A program made the position numbers and the translations under genes. Of a DNA stretch of 64,000 nt, positions 46,375 to 55,255 are shown piece after piece. Under the pieces are notes generated by a model. It did no database searches. It was not told the origin of the DNA and saw nothing but the letters and a program-made list of their open reading frames with translations. Numbering within the stretch: position 1 is the first letter of the stretch; every line of letters begins with the position of its first letter. Origin of the DNA: a virus (taxonomy: Duplodnaviria; Caudoviricetes); the IMG/VR virus record IMGVR_UViG_3300017913_001833, positions 64,001 through 128,000 of that record; one strand, given 5' to 3'.

Positions 46375-47095
46375 ATCCTTCTATGTAATGCACTATCCTA
46401 TTTTGTAAAAAATTGCCAATAAACAATTTGTTGTCAACAAAATGTATATCTTCTGGTAAATCACAATCATGCACCCTTGGTTTCAAATGAACAAAACCGA
46501 TATCATACTCTGTAATACTATAATTTAAAATATGTAATGCAATACTAGTGCTTATATCAATACTTGCCCAAGTTTGTGTTTTATAAGGAGCAAAAGTTGC
46601 ATAATATCCTTGCCAATTGTTGTGTACATCTTTAAGCGTATCAAAAAACTTACTTGCTTTTAGACTTTTCTTAAAATAGTACATGCCTACATAAGTGTTA
46701 GGTAATCCATTACCAATGACACTTTGCCTATAGTAAGAATTATGCACAGGTGTATTACGATATGTATAAACTTTTGTAGTGAACCATAAGTCTTCGTTAC
46801 TAAGCAAATCAAAATATTCATTCATATCTACAGGACAAAACATATCTACATCCATAACAATAGTTTCATCATAAGGAGATACATCATATGCATTTATTCT
46901 GTTGTAGATCTTCCAATTACCTTCACTGTTAGGCACATGGATTATGGTGTCAAAATTTTCACTGTCTACTATATCGCTAGTTACAAGTGTAATCTTAACA
47001 TCACCATTAGTTTTGATACTACGTGCAAGTATTTCTGCTTGACGCACATAATTGATAGTACTGTTTTCAGCAAATAAAACTACACCTCTAGTCAC
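46355..47095 (-). CDS. GT-A (GT8-like) glycosyltransferase
   Basis: RGVVLFA, SPYDETIVMDVDM (DxD), YYFKK, HLK, VHY. Confidence 0.7.
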   Translation of the reverse strand: MTRGVVLFAENSTINYVRQAEILARSIKTNGDVKITLVTSDIVDSENFDTIIHVPNSEGNWKIYNRINAYDVSPYDETIVMDVDMFCPVDMNEYFDLLSNEDLWFTTKVYTYRNTPVHNSYYRQSVIGNGLPNTYVGMYYFKKSLKASKFFDTLKDVHNNWQGYYATFAPYKTQTWASIDISTSIALHILNYSITEYDIGFVHLKPRVHDCDLPEDIHFVDNKLFIGNFLQNRIVHYIEGFEDVLR

Positions 47096-47867
47096 TTATC
47101 ATCTCCGTTAGTGCAACTTTATTCATAATATGAGTATTAAGGCCACGTGTGTTTACAACAAAGTTGCCTTGAGATATATCTAAATTATAAACAGAGTCTG
47201 AATCAAAACTTGACACAAGTGGATCTGGTAATGGGCATGGCCAATCTGTAGTTGTATAACCATTCAGCATGTGTATCGCAATACTAAATGCAAAGTCATT
47301 CCTAAACTTTCGATTGCCAATGCTATACAGCATACGATAGTAAGTCCAGTTGTTTTGTATATGTTCAACTAAATTAAAGAATATCTTTGTTTTAGGATTC
47401 TTGTTAAAATAAAATACTGTAGCCCAATACATGTCTATGCCATGTTCTGCTAAACGTTCTACAGTTTTATCTGAGCGTTCATTTATATCAGTATATGTTT
47501 TGTTAATTAGTAAATCTTTTCCGCTTTCAAACACGCTAGACAAACTTTTGTTCTTAATAATAAAGTCTGTGTCCATGACTAGTGTGTTTTCATAGGGTGT
47601 AAGATCCCAACATTTACACCTGTCAAAGTTTAACCAAACTATTTGTTCACCTGCAATTTTTTTGACCTGTCTACTGTGTAGATTTACATTGATAATCTTA
47701 TCAAACGGTCCGGACTTAAAACTTGTATTTGTAACTAAGCTCACAGGCAAAGACATGTGCTTTTTAATTTGTAAAGCACAATGTTCAGCAAGTTTCAAAT
47801 AGTTAACTTTAGGTTTAGAAAAGTTTACAACATCTTCTTGTATCGCAAAAAGTAAAACACCATTCAA
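47088..47867 (-). CDS. GT-A (GT8-like) glycosyltransferase
   Basis: NGVLLFA, TPYENTLVMDTDF (DxD), YWATVFYF, FRNDFAFSIA, HIMNK; paralog of the previous gene. Confidence 0.7.
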   Translation of the reverse strand: MNGVLLFAIQEDVVNFSKPKVNYLKLAEHCALQIKKHMSLPVSLVTNTSFKSGPFDKIINVNLHSRQVKKIAGEQIVWLNFDRCKCWDLTPYENTLVMDTDFIIKNKSLSSVFESGKDLLINKTYTDINERSDKTVERLAEHGIDMYWATVFYFNKNPKTKIFFNLVEHIQNNWTYYRMLYSIGNRKFRNDFAFSIAIHMLNGYTTTDWPCPLPDPLVSSFDSDSVYNLDISQGNFVVNTRGLNTHIMNKVALTEMISD

Positions 47868-48193
47868 GTTAACAACCCCTTAGCATCTCTATATTTGCAT
47901 AACTCAGCATAAGCATCATAATAAGTTTCAGTAGCAAACCTAAACTTATCTAAGATAGTTTCATAAAAATCTTGCATGTTGCTAATTTTTACAGGAATAT
48001 CATTTGCATCTATGACTACATCTGTAACAGGATTTTTCATACTGTTTACAAATTGTGTGTCAAGAATAAACATTCCTCCATTATAATATATAATGCAGTC
48101 TTTCTTGAATTTTTCTTTGAGTAAGCGTTTTTGATTTTGAAAAGTCCGCATGTATTCAGACTGTTCAAGTGCTGTTTTTAGTTTAGTATCCAT
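47864..48193 (-). CDS. Hypothetical phage protein
   Basis: 109 aa; first gene after a sigma70 promoter. Confidence 0.7.
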   Translation of the reverse strand: MDTKLKTALEQSEYMRTFQNQKRLLKEKFKKDCIIYYNGGMFILDTQFVNSMKNPVTDVVIDANDIPVKISNMQDFYETILDKFRFATETYYDAYAELCKYRDAKGLLT

Positions 48194-48199
48194 AGTACT

Positions 48200-48228
48200 A
48201 TACTAACACCTTTTGCAGTGTTTGTCAA
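48200..48228 (-). promoter_or_regulatory. Sigma70 promoter with extended -10, probably leaderless
   Basis: Minus strand TTGACA-17 nt-TAGTAT with TG; ATG follows 6 nt later. Confidence 0.7.
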
Positions 48229-48231
48229 GTG

Positions 48232-49107
48232 TTAAAGATTAGCGTTGTTTGTATATGTAGGAGCAGGATTTTCTACGTTTGATCCTGTAGCTCTTCTGTG
48301 TTGAATCACACTTTGTAGTGTACCAGTAACTTCTTCGTCAATAGCTCCACCAGCTTTAAATCCACCTTGTTGGTCACCAGTATCATCGTCTCTAAATTGA
48401 ATTCTAAATTGTATGTTACTACCTACATACCGTGCATTGATGTTGTAGTCGTTTTCTGCATAGTTACCACTACCATCTTTCTTGAAAATTTGTTGATAAC
48501 TAGTAGTTAGGTCAAGTCCACCTACTGTAGAACCTGTACCTGAACTTGCACTTGTGCTAGTGTAATTGAATATCACTGTGCCCATTGCACTTAGCATGTT
48601 AGTCCAGTCAGTGTTTTTTGATCCACTGCCGCCTGATCTGCTTGCTGAAAATCTTATTTGTCCACCTGCGTTAAAGAACTGTGTTCTTGCAGTTGCACTA
48701 GTGAAGTTTACTGTGCAAGTGTGTGTTACGACACCGCCACCACCACCGCCCCAAGGTGCAGTTCTTGATGATTGTGTGCCTGCTTCAATTGTAGTTTGTC
48801 CTGCACCTACGTTGAATTTATTAGTTTCAACAGTAGTCATTAATGTAGAATAGCCATTAATGTCAGCAGCTAAAATTGTATCGCCTTCATCTACATCTGT
48901 AATAGTTGGATTTGAACCTGCTTGGTGTACATATGCTTTTGTGATATCTGTGCGTAGGCTGTCCATTACTTCATCAGTAACAATATCACCTACACTAACT
49001 TGACTACTAAGAAGTGTTTGACCGTAGTCGGTATTCATTATTGTGTTGATTCTACTTTGTACTGTATTGTAATCTGTAGCCGATATAATTCCGCCAACAA
49101 CTGCCAT
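48232..49107 (-). CDS. Virion structural protein (tail/baseplate-associated)
   Basis: Gly/Ser/Thr-rich; ISATDYN, FFNAGGQI; TATAAATA late promoter and AGGAG RBS upstream. Confidence 0.65.
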   Translation of the reverse strand: MAVVGGIISATDYNTVQSRINTIMNTDYGQTLLSSQVSVGDIVTDEVMDSLRTDITKAYVHQAGSNPTITDVDEGDTILAADINGYSTLMTTVETNKFNVGAGQTTIEAGTQSSRTAPWGGGGGGVVTHTCTVNFTSATARTQFFNAGGQIRFSASRSGGSGSKNTDWTNMLSAMGTVIFNYTSTSASSGTGSTVGGLDLTTSYQQIFKKDGSGNYAENDYNINARYVGSNIQFRIQFRDDDTGDQQGGFKAGGAIDEEVTGTLQSVIQHRRATGSNVENPAPTYTNNANL

Positions 49108-49130
49108 AATAAACTCCTATTAACTACGTA

Positions 49131-49138
49131 TATTTATA
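49131..49138 (-). promoter_or_regulatory. T4-consensus late promoter TATAAATA
   Basis: Plus strand TATTTATA, overlapping the stop codon of the upstream gene. Confidence 0.7.
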
Positions 49139-50636
49139 CCTTTAGCACACATTCGATTAATTTTTCATCTTCGTCATCACTACTTGCAAGGGCTATACCT
49201 ACCATAGCTGTTGTTTGTACAGTTGAACATACGCCGTTTTCCCAAGCATAAATTGCTTGTCCTTTTTTCACAACACCTTTTACTCTTACAGGAACACGCC
49301 CTTTGAGTGCTATATATTGTCCTTCTGCTTCTGAATTCATCATAAATGCTGGATCTGTTGATACAACACCAATGCAATGATCACTTGATTTTGCAGGACC
49401 TACTTCATGATCTTCATGGGCGCAAACTGCTACTGCTGTGCCTGCTTCTAATTCTATACCTTCTTCAGTTGTGTACTTTTCTGCTAAGTCAGCAAATTCA
49501 GCACTTGTTGCAATACCATTAAATTTAGTTGCTGCTAAGTTACCACTAGAATCACGTGCCGCAATACTATTTGCTGTTGCACTAGTATCTGCTGATCTGT
49601 AGTTTGCTCCTACTGCAAGTGTTGATGCCTTTGAAGCAATACCTGTAAAGTTTGTTGCAAATACATTTGAAAACTGTGCGTCTGTTGCACCTAGTGTAAC
49701 TGTTTGTATGCTTGTGCCATCTGACTGTAATCCTGGAAGAACAGCTAGTGTCGCATCTGCCTGTACACGTAAAATATTTTGTGTTGTTCCACTTAATGGC
49801 TTTGCACTAAGTTTAATTGTTTTACCAACATCGTTTGCAATACTACCTTCGTTATCATTAATAATTTTAATCTTAAGATCACTTGAGTCACCAATTGCAA
49901 TACCAACATCAGAAAAAGTTGTTAGCGTATTGAAAGATGCAGCACCTGTTTGAATAAAGTTTGAAGCATCTACGCCTCCTAGTTTTTCAGCATTAGTTGC
50001 TGTACCGTGGAATCTATGCGCTGTAGTTGTAACACCATCTGCACTATTTTGTGTGTTTTTGAGTGTCATACCGCGTCTTACTACATCAAAGCCAGTAATT
50101 GCGTTTTCTGCATCTGTGCTATCTATAGTAAATTCTACTGCACTAATTGTAAAGATAACTTCATCATTTACTGTTGCAGCAATAATAGATCTATTTGTTC
50201 CGCCATCGTCACGCACTGATCTTGACTGCATTTGTGTAATACCACTACCTGCGTCTTGAGGTCCAACTAGTATAAAATCTGTTCCGTTATAGGCATATAA
50301 TTGTTCATTTGCTGTGTCCCACCAAAAGTCACCTGCTTTTAAGCCAGTTGGGGTTGTTGCACTGACTTCAGCACCGCCTGTTGTACGCCACTTAGTTCCA
50401 TCGTAAAATTTTAATTTTGAATTTCCGCTATCAAACCACATCTGCCCTGAAATAGCTTTTGGTGGACTGTTTGCACCGCTAAAGTTTTCTAACAAAAACA
50501 CAAAGTTTTCGTTTTGTATTTCTCCGTATCCAGCATAGTTTTTTCCAACTAGCTTTAGATCGGTAGTTTGATCAAGTGTGCCATCCTCAATAGTTGTTAA
50601 GGTAGCGTTATTGTAATTGTTAATAGTATATGCCAT
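49134..50636 (-). CDS. Baseplate/tail-fibre-like virion protein
   Basis: Shared N-terminal module (TTDL.L.GKNY.GYGE..NENF..LLENF...GQMWFD); C-terminal ADLAEKY...IALKGRVPVRV module typical of phage fibre/peptidase_G2-like tails. Confidence 0.7.
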   Translation of the reverse strand: MAYTINNYNNATLTTIEDGTLDQTTDLKLVGKNYAGYGEIQNENFVFLLENFSGANSPPKAISGQMWFDSGNSKLKFYDGTKWRTTGGAEVSATTPTGLKAGDFWWDTANEQLYAYNGTDFILVGPQDAGSGITQMQSRSVRDDGGTNRSIIAATVNDEVIFTISAVEFTIDSTDAENAITGFDVVRRGMTLKNTQNSADGVTTTAHRFHGTATNAEKLGGVDASNFIQTGAASFNTLTTFSDVGIAIGDSSDLKIKIINDNEGSIANDVGKTIKLSAKPLSGTTQNILRVQADATLAVLPGLQSDGTSIQTVTLGATDAQFSNVFATNFTGIASKASTLAVGANYRSADTSATANSIAARDSSGNLAATKFNGIATSAEFADLAEKYTTEEGIELEAGTAVAVCAHEDHEVGPAKSSDHCIGVVSTDPAFMMNSEAEGQYIALKGRVPVRVKGVVKKGQAIYAWENGVCSTVQTTAMVGIALASSDDEDEKLIECVLKV

Positions 50637-50659
50637 TTGTTATAACCCCTAATACAATG

Positions 50660-50666
50660 TATTTAT
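50660..50666 (-). promoter_or_regulatory. Late promoter core ATAAATA
   Basis: Intergenic, upstream of the 49134-50636 gene. Confidence 0.55.
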
Positions 50667-50670
50667 TCGT

Positions 50671-52587
50671 TTATGGTGTATATGTTGTTGTGCTATCATG
50701 TGTCCAAACACCTCCTGATACACTAAACACCATAGTATATCTATTTGGAGTAAGTGTAGCATTACCGCTTGCTGTGCTAAACGTAACGTCTTGTACAACA
50801 GACTGTGCGTTTACTACATTGTTTTTATCTACAGATACAGTGCTTTTACTCATAGCAGCATTAATGTCAATACCGCTAACACTAGCAGAACTATAGTCAA
50901 CAGCATGAATAATAGCTTTCGCGCCGTTGGTTAAAGTTTTGCTTCCTGCTGTATACATAGCAGCAAGAATATCGATAATATCATTTACAGGTCCGTCACC
51001 AGTACCAGGCGTGTTTGGATCTGTCAAACCAGTGATATCCAAACTCATTATGATAGGTTCAATTTGACGTTGTTCGTCAGTATACCCTTTTGTGGCAACA
51101 TGACTATCAGCTGTAGGAGTAGCAACACCTGTGATTTTTTGTGTGTTTACAACTATGTCACCGCTTGTACTGATGTTAAGTCCTGCACTTGAAGTAATTG
51201 TTGTTCCATCTAAATTTATATTGTCTACATCAAGTGCCGTCAATGTACCAACTTGTGTAAGGCCCGATGCTTTAGTAACTGTGTTGTGCAATTCAGTTTC
51301 TGATAACTTGATGTTACCTTTGATGTAATATGCAGGAGTAGCGTTACTATCTGTATCGATAATATCTATATTCTGATTGAATGTCCAGTTACTTGTACTG
51401 TTTCTCCAAAGAATATCTTTTGATCCTGTATTACTGTTAAGTATGATACCTCCGCCATCTGCTGTAGCGTCATCTACTAGAGTTGAATCACTGCTTAATG
51501 CAAGATTAAGATTTTTTGATTCAATGTTAAGCACTGACGTATCAATTGATAGTGTTGTACCTTCAACTTGTAAATTACCACCTACAGTAAAATCTCCGCT
51601 AACTTTACCATCACCAGTAATGTCTAGAGATGCTGTAGGACTGCTGTTGAAAAATCCAACAAACTCATTTGCACTATCTATGTACATAGCACTATTTGTT
51701 GAGTTACCAACACGCACTCTAAAATCAATATCTGAACCGCCTTGTTGGTTTTCAAAAACTGTTGTAACGCCGTCAACTTTAATTGTGTGGTATTTACTAT
51801 CACCTACACCAATTGCAAGTCCGCCACTGTTTTTAACAAACAAGCTACCAGTCATATTCTGGTTTCCTGTTGTTGCTACGAATTTTGTAAAGTCATATTT
51901 TGTACCGCTACCATCAACTAGTGCATCTGCTGTTGCTGCTGTACCATGGTATTTGTAACTACTACCTGTAGGATCAACAGGATTGAATCCTACCTTTATA
52001 AGTTGTCTAGCAGGTGTTTGTACGTCATCAGGATCGCTAGGGAAGCCTTGTATATCAAATCCGTTACCTGGGCGGAATTCTACTCTTGAATGTACTCCTG
52101 CAAGCACTCCGCCTACAAATAGTTTCAAAATAGTTCGTTCAACGTTACCATCATCGATCACGCTGTCCGCTTCTAAACCTGTTTTACCTTGTCCAGCTGT
52201 GTAACTAGGACCAACAAGAACTAAGTCTGTGCCATCCCAAAAATAAAGTCTGTTTTTTGCATCATCAATCCAAAGGTCGCCTGCAACTAAGTTATTAGGT
52301 TGCTGATTGCTGACTATAGGTCCGCCAGCAACTTTCCAATCACTGCCGTTAAATATTTTTAATCTTGCATCTGCTGTATCGTACCAAAGCTGTCCTCTAA
52401 GCGGATTGTTTGGAGAACCACTACTTGAAAAGTTCTCAAGCAATTTGATATTATTTTCATTAATAAACTCACCAAACCCTTTGTAGTTTCTTCCAATAAG
52501 TGTAAGATCTGTACTTGTTGTGTCAATACTACCATCAACTAGTGTTACTAAAAGTGTACCGTCAGTTTTATTTAGAATATAACTCAT
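50671..52587 (-). CDS. Baseplate/tail-fibre-like virion protein
   Basis: Same N-terminal module (LLENFS...GQLWYD, GDLWID); VATKGY motif. Confidence 0.7.
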   Translation of the reverse strand: MSYILNKTDGTLLVTLVDGSIDTTSTDLTLIGRNYKGFGEFINENNIKLLENFSSSGSPNNPLRGQLWYDTADARLKIFNGSDWKVAGGPIVSNQQPNNLVAGDLWIDDAKNRLYFWDGTDLVLVGPSYTAGQGKTGLEADSVIDDGNVERTILKLFVGGVLAGVHSRVEFRPGNGFDIQGFPSDPDDVQTPARQLIKVGFNPVDPTGSSYKYHGTAATADALVDGSGTKYDFTKFVATTGNQNMTGSLFVKNSGGLAIGVGDSKYHTIKVDGVTTVFENQQGGSDIDFRVRVGNSTNSAMYIDSANEFVGFFNSSPTASLDITGDGKVSGDFTVGGNLQVEGTTLSIDTSVLNIESKNLNLALSSDSTLVDDATADGGGIILNSNTGSKDILWRNSTSNWTFNQNIDIIDTDSNATPAYYIKGNIKLSETELHNTVTKASGLTQVGTLTALDVDNINLDGTTITSSAGLNISTSGDIVVNTQKITGVATPTADSHVATKGYTDEQRQIEPIIMSLDITGLTDPNTPGTGDGPVNDIIDILAAMYTAGSKTLTNGAKAIIHAVDYSSASVSGIDINAAMSKSTVSVDKNNVVNAQSVVQDVTFSTASGNATLTPNRYTMVFSVSGGVWTHDSTTTYTP

Positions 52588-54614
52588 TAACTTGCCCTAC
52601 CTGTGTATATAATATATTTCATTGCTAAGAACGGATTCATTACATCTAGTGCAGTGCCATCGCCGCCATCTAGTACGCCTCCGCTAGTTGGCAAACGCTG
52701 ACTGTTTTGTGATGAAGCAATTTCAAATGTTGACCTACTTGCACCAGTAGGTGTTGTGTCACCTGTGTTAACTTCACGTACAGCAAAAAACTGTTCTCCT
52801 GATGAAGCACGTAAATCGTGTTCGTGTTCTGGTAGATTTTCAACTGTAATAGTTTTTGTTTCAGTTCCGCTTGTTCCACCTAATGAGTCAGCAGCAGAAC
52901 TTGTAACTCTATCTGCACTGTTACCGCCCATGTTATCTAAACCTAGTGGGAATCTACCTCTCAAATCAGGCACTGCAAATTTACCTGATGATACTTGGCT
53001 TTCTGCTTTAAATGCATATCCTATAGCATCAAACAATGTTTGGTATTCTGCAATAGTGTATTCTGTACCATCACAAATTAACCATCCTGTAGGCAGAGCT
53101 GCACCAGCATATGGAACAACCACTCCTGGAGGATTAACAGCAACAGCCTTAAGTAAATTACGTCTTGAAATCTTCTTAAGACCTGTGTCACCTGATGTTC
53201 TGTTTATAAGGATTTCATCGTCTACTTGAGACTCTGTAACACTTACTTTGTTTGATACAATAGTATTACTAATGCTTGTAGTAAATGTTTTTGTACTGCC
53301 TCCAGCTTGGCCGTCAAATACAAAGTCATCTGCACTGACATCACCTGTAAGTCTAAAAGTTGTTGCACTTGTTAATTTGTCTGCGCTACCAGCTCTACCT
53401 GAAACTGTACCACTTACGTTACCTGTTAGGTTACCAATAAATGTTGTAGAATAAATTGTTTTATATTTGTTAAGAGCTGCACCTAAATTTCTTACGTTGC
53501 TTTGATCTGGTTCAATGTTACGTGTTGTAAGTGTGTTTTCTAATTCTGTTTCTCCGCCAACAAAAAGATTTTTTGCAATGCCAACACCACCTTTGATTAT
53601 AGCACTACCAGTTCCTATAGTTGTACTTTGTGTAGTATCATTTAATTTAAGCACTCCACTTGTTTGTATGTTACCTGTAACATCAAGAGCTTCTTCAGGT
53701 GCTTCGTTGTTTATTCCTACACGCAAATCACTATCAACACGTATTACTGTTTTAGATATACCTGCATTTCTGACACGTAAGTCAATGTTAGAACCTGCTA
53801 CTTGGTGTTGTATAATGCCAGCATTACCCTCAATACCAATATTCATTTCTGAATTGATGCCGTAGTTAATACCTGCGTTGTTTTGAACGTTTAATCCATT
53901 AAGTGTTGTACTTACAACATCACTGCGTAAAAAGTTTCCTGCACTAACATTTACATTGTTAACAATTAATGATTCTGCTTTTTCAGCAGTACCGTAGAAC
54001 TTTGCTACACCGTCTCCAGTAATATCTCTGTTTGATAATGTTAAACCTGGTTTGATTGTTGTAAACCCTGGAATAACTGTTTTAGGAGTAAATTCGTCTG
54101 ATGCAATAATTGCAACGGGCTGAGCGTTAACTTCTATTTGCACAACAGTATAGCTTACATTATCTGTACCAGTAACAGTTACAGGGACAGGTCCAGTATT
54201 CAATCCATCGCTGAATGTAGGACCTACAAGCACCCAACCTGAACCACTGTATAGATATAACTGTTGGTTATCAGTATCTACCCAAAGATCACCTAATAAA
54301 CTATCTGATGCACCAGGTTCTGAAGTTGCTTTTTTAAGACCACCACTTGGAACCCAGTTTGTTCCATCATATACTTTAAGTTGTTCAATACCAGGAGTAC
54401 TGTCATACCATAACTGTCCTTCAACTGGTCTTGCTGGTTGTGTAGCACTTGCAAAATTTTCTAATAAGTGCAAAAAGTTTTCTGAAATAGCTGTGCCATA
54501 TGCAGTTGTGTTTCTGCCAGGTAAGCTCAAATCTGTTGTGTTATTGAGAGTTGCATCTTCAATGGTAATAGTGCCTTTGTTGGCTTGGTCTGTATATGCA
54601 ATAGTATAAGCCAT
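52587..54614 (-). CDS. Tail fibre protein with tail-collar domain
   Basis: Same N-terminal module; C-terminal PPGVVVPYAG...GWLICDG...LFDAIG...VPDLRGRF collar motif; LPEHEH; MNPFLAMKYII. Confidence 0.82.
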   Translation of the reverse strand: MAYTIAYTDQANKGTITIEDATLNNTTDLSLPGRNTTAYGTAISENFLHLLENFASATQPARPVEGQLWYDSTPGIEQLKVYDGTNWVPSGGLKKATSEPGASDSLLGDLWVDTDNQQLYLYSGSGWVLVGPTFSDGLNTGPVPVTVTGTDNVSYTVVQIEVNAQPVAIIASDEFTPKTVIPGFTTIKPGLTLSNRDITGDGVAKFYGTAEKAESLIVNNVNVSAGNFLRSDVVSTTLNGLNVQNNAGINYGINSEMNIGIEGNAGIIQHQVAGSNIDLRVRNAGISKTVIRVDSDLRVGINNEAPEEALDVTGNIQTSGVLKLNDTTQSTTIGTGSAIIKGGVGIAKNLFVGGETELENTLTTRNIEPDQSNVRNLGAALNKYKTIYSTTFIGNLTGNVSGTVSGRAGSADKLTSATTFRLTGDVSADDFVFDGQAGGSTKTFTTSISNTIVSNKVSVTESQVDDEILINRTSGDTGLKKISRRNLLKAVAVNPPGVVVPYAGAALPTGWLICDGTEYTIAEYQTLFDAIGYAFKAESQVSSGKFAVPDLRGRFPLGLDNMGGNSADRVTSSAADSLGGTSGTETKTITVENLPEHEHDLRASSGEQFFAVREVNTGDTTPTGASRSTFEIASSQNSQRLPTSGGVLDGGDGTALDVMNPFLAMKYIIYTGRAS

Positions 54615-54617
54615 TTA

Positions 54618-55232
54618 TTACCCCTCGTTAAAACCAGTTAGACTTTGCACTCTTACTGTATAATCAATCTGTATCAACCTATTCAAACTTTTTTGAACAG
54701 GGTGGAAAACAACATGTGTAAGTAAACGTCCATTACCATCTTCTGCATATGCTTTAAGTCCTAATTCATCAAATACATATAATGAATTTTGATCTGTAGC
54801 TGTGTCAAATGCATCCTGTCCTGCAGGCTCACCATAATCTAGTAAGCATGTTACAATAACGTCTGTATAGTTTGTACCACTTACATGTCTTGTTTCAATC
54901 TTATTACGAACTGGATCAGTGTTAGATACGCTACGATCATCAACAACCTTTTTAAATGTTTGATTGTATAAACTTGCATTTGTACCTGTGCTATTTGGTG
55001 TAAGATATGTAATAATACCTGTAGGATCTACACTAGTACCACCGTTTCCAAACGCCATTTCATGTATCCAACCTGATCCGCCATTGCCTAAACTTTCAGC
55101 AAGTGACAAACTCATATTTTCATAATGAATTGCATTGCGCTTGTCTACAATGACTTCACCACTTTCTGGGTCGTGGATTTTGATATGTCCTTGTATATGT
55201 ACACCTTGTTGTTCGTTAATTTTATCTGTCAT
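54618..55232 (-). CDS. Virion structural protein (baseplate/tail region)
   Basis: GHIKIHDP...KRNAIH, LDYGEP, FDELGL, THVVFHPVQKSLNR; late core upstream. Confidence 0.7.
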   Translation of the reverse strand: MTDKINEQQGVHIQGHIKIHDPESGEVIVDKRNAIHYENMSLSLAESLGNGGSGWIHEMAFGNGGTSVDPTGIITYLTPNSTGTNASLYNQTFKKVVDDRSVSNTDPVRNKIETRHVSGTNYTDVIVTCLLDYGEPAGQDAFDTATDQNSLYVFDELGLKAYAEDGNGRLLTHVVFHPVQKSLNRLIQIDYTVRVQSLTGFNEG

Positions 55233-55248
55233 TTTGTTTTCCTACATG

Positions 55249-55255
55249 TATTTAT
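55249..55255 (-). promoter_or_regulatory. Late promoter core ATAAATA
   Basis: Overlaps the stop of the giant gene; AGGA RBS follows. Confidence 0.55.
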
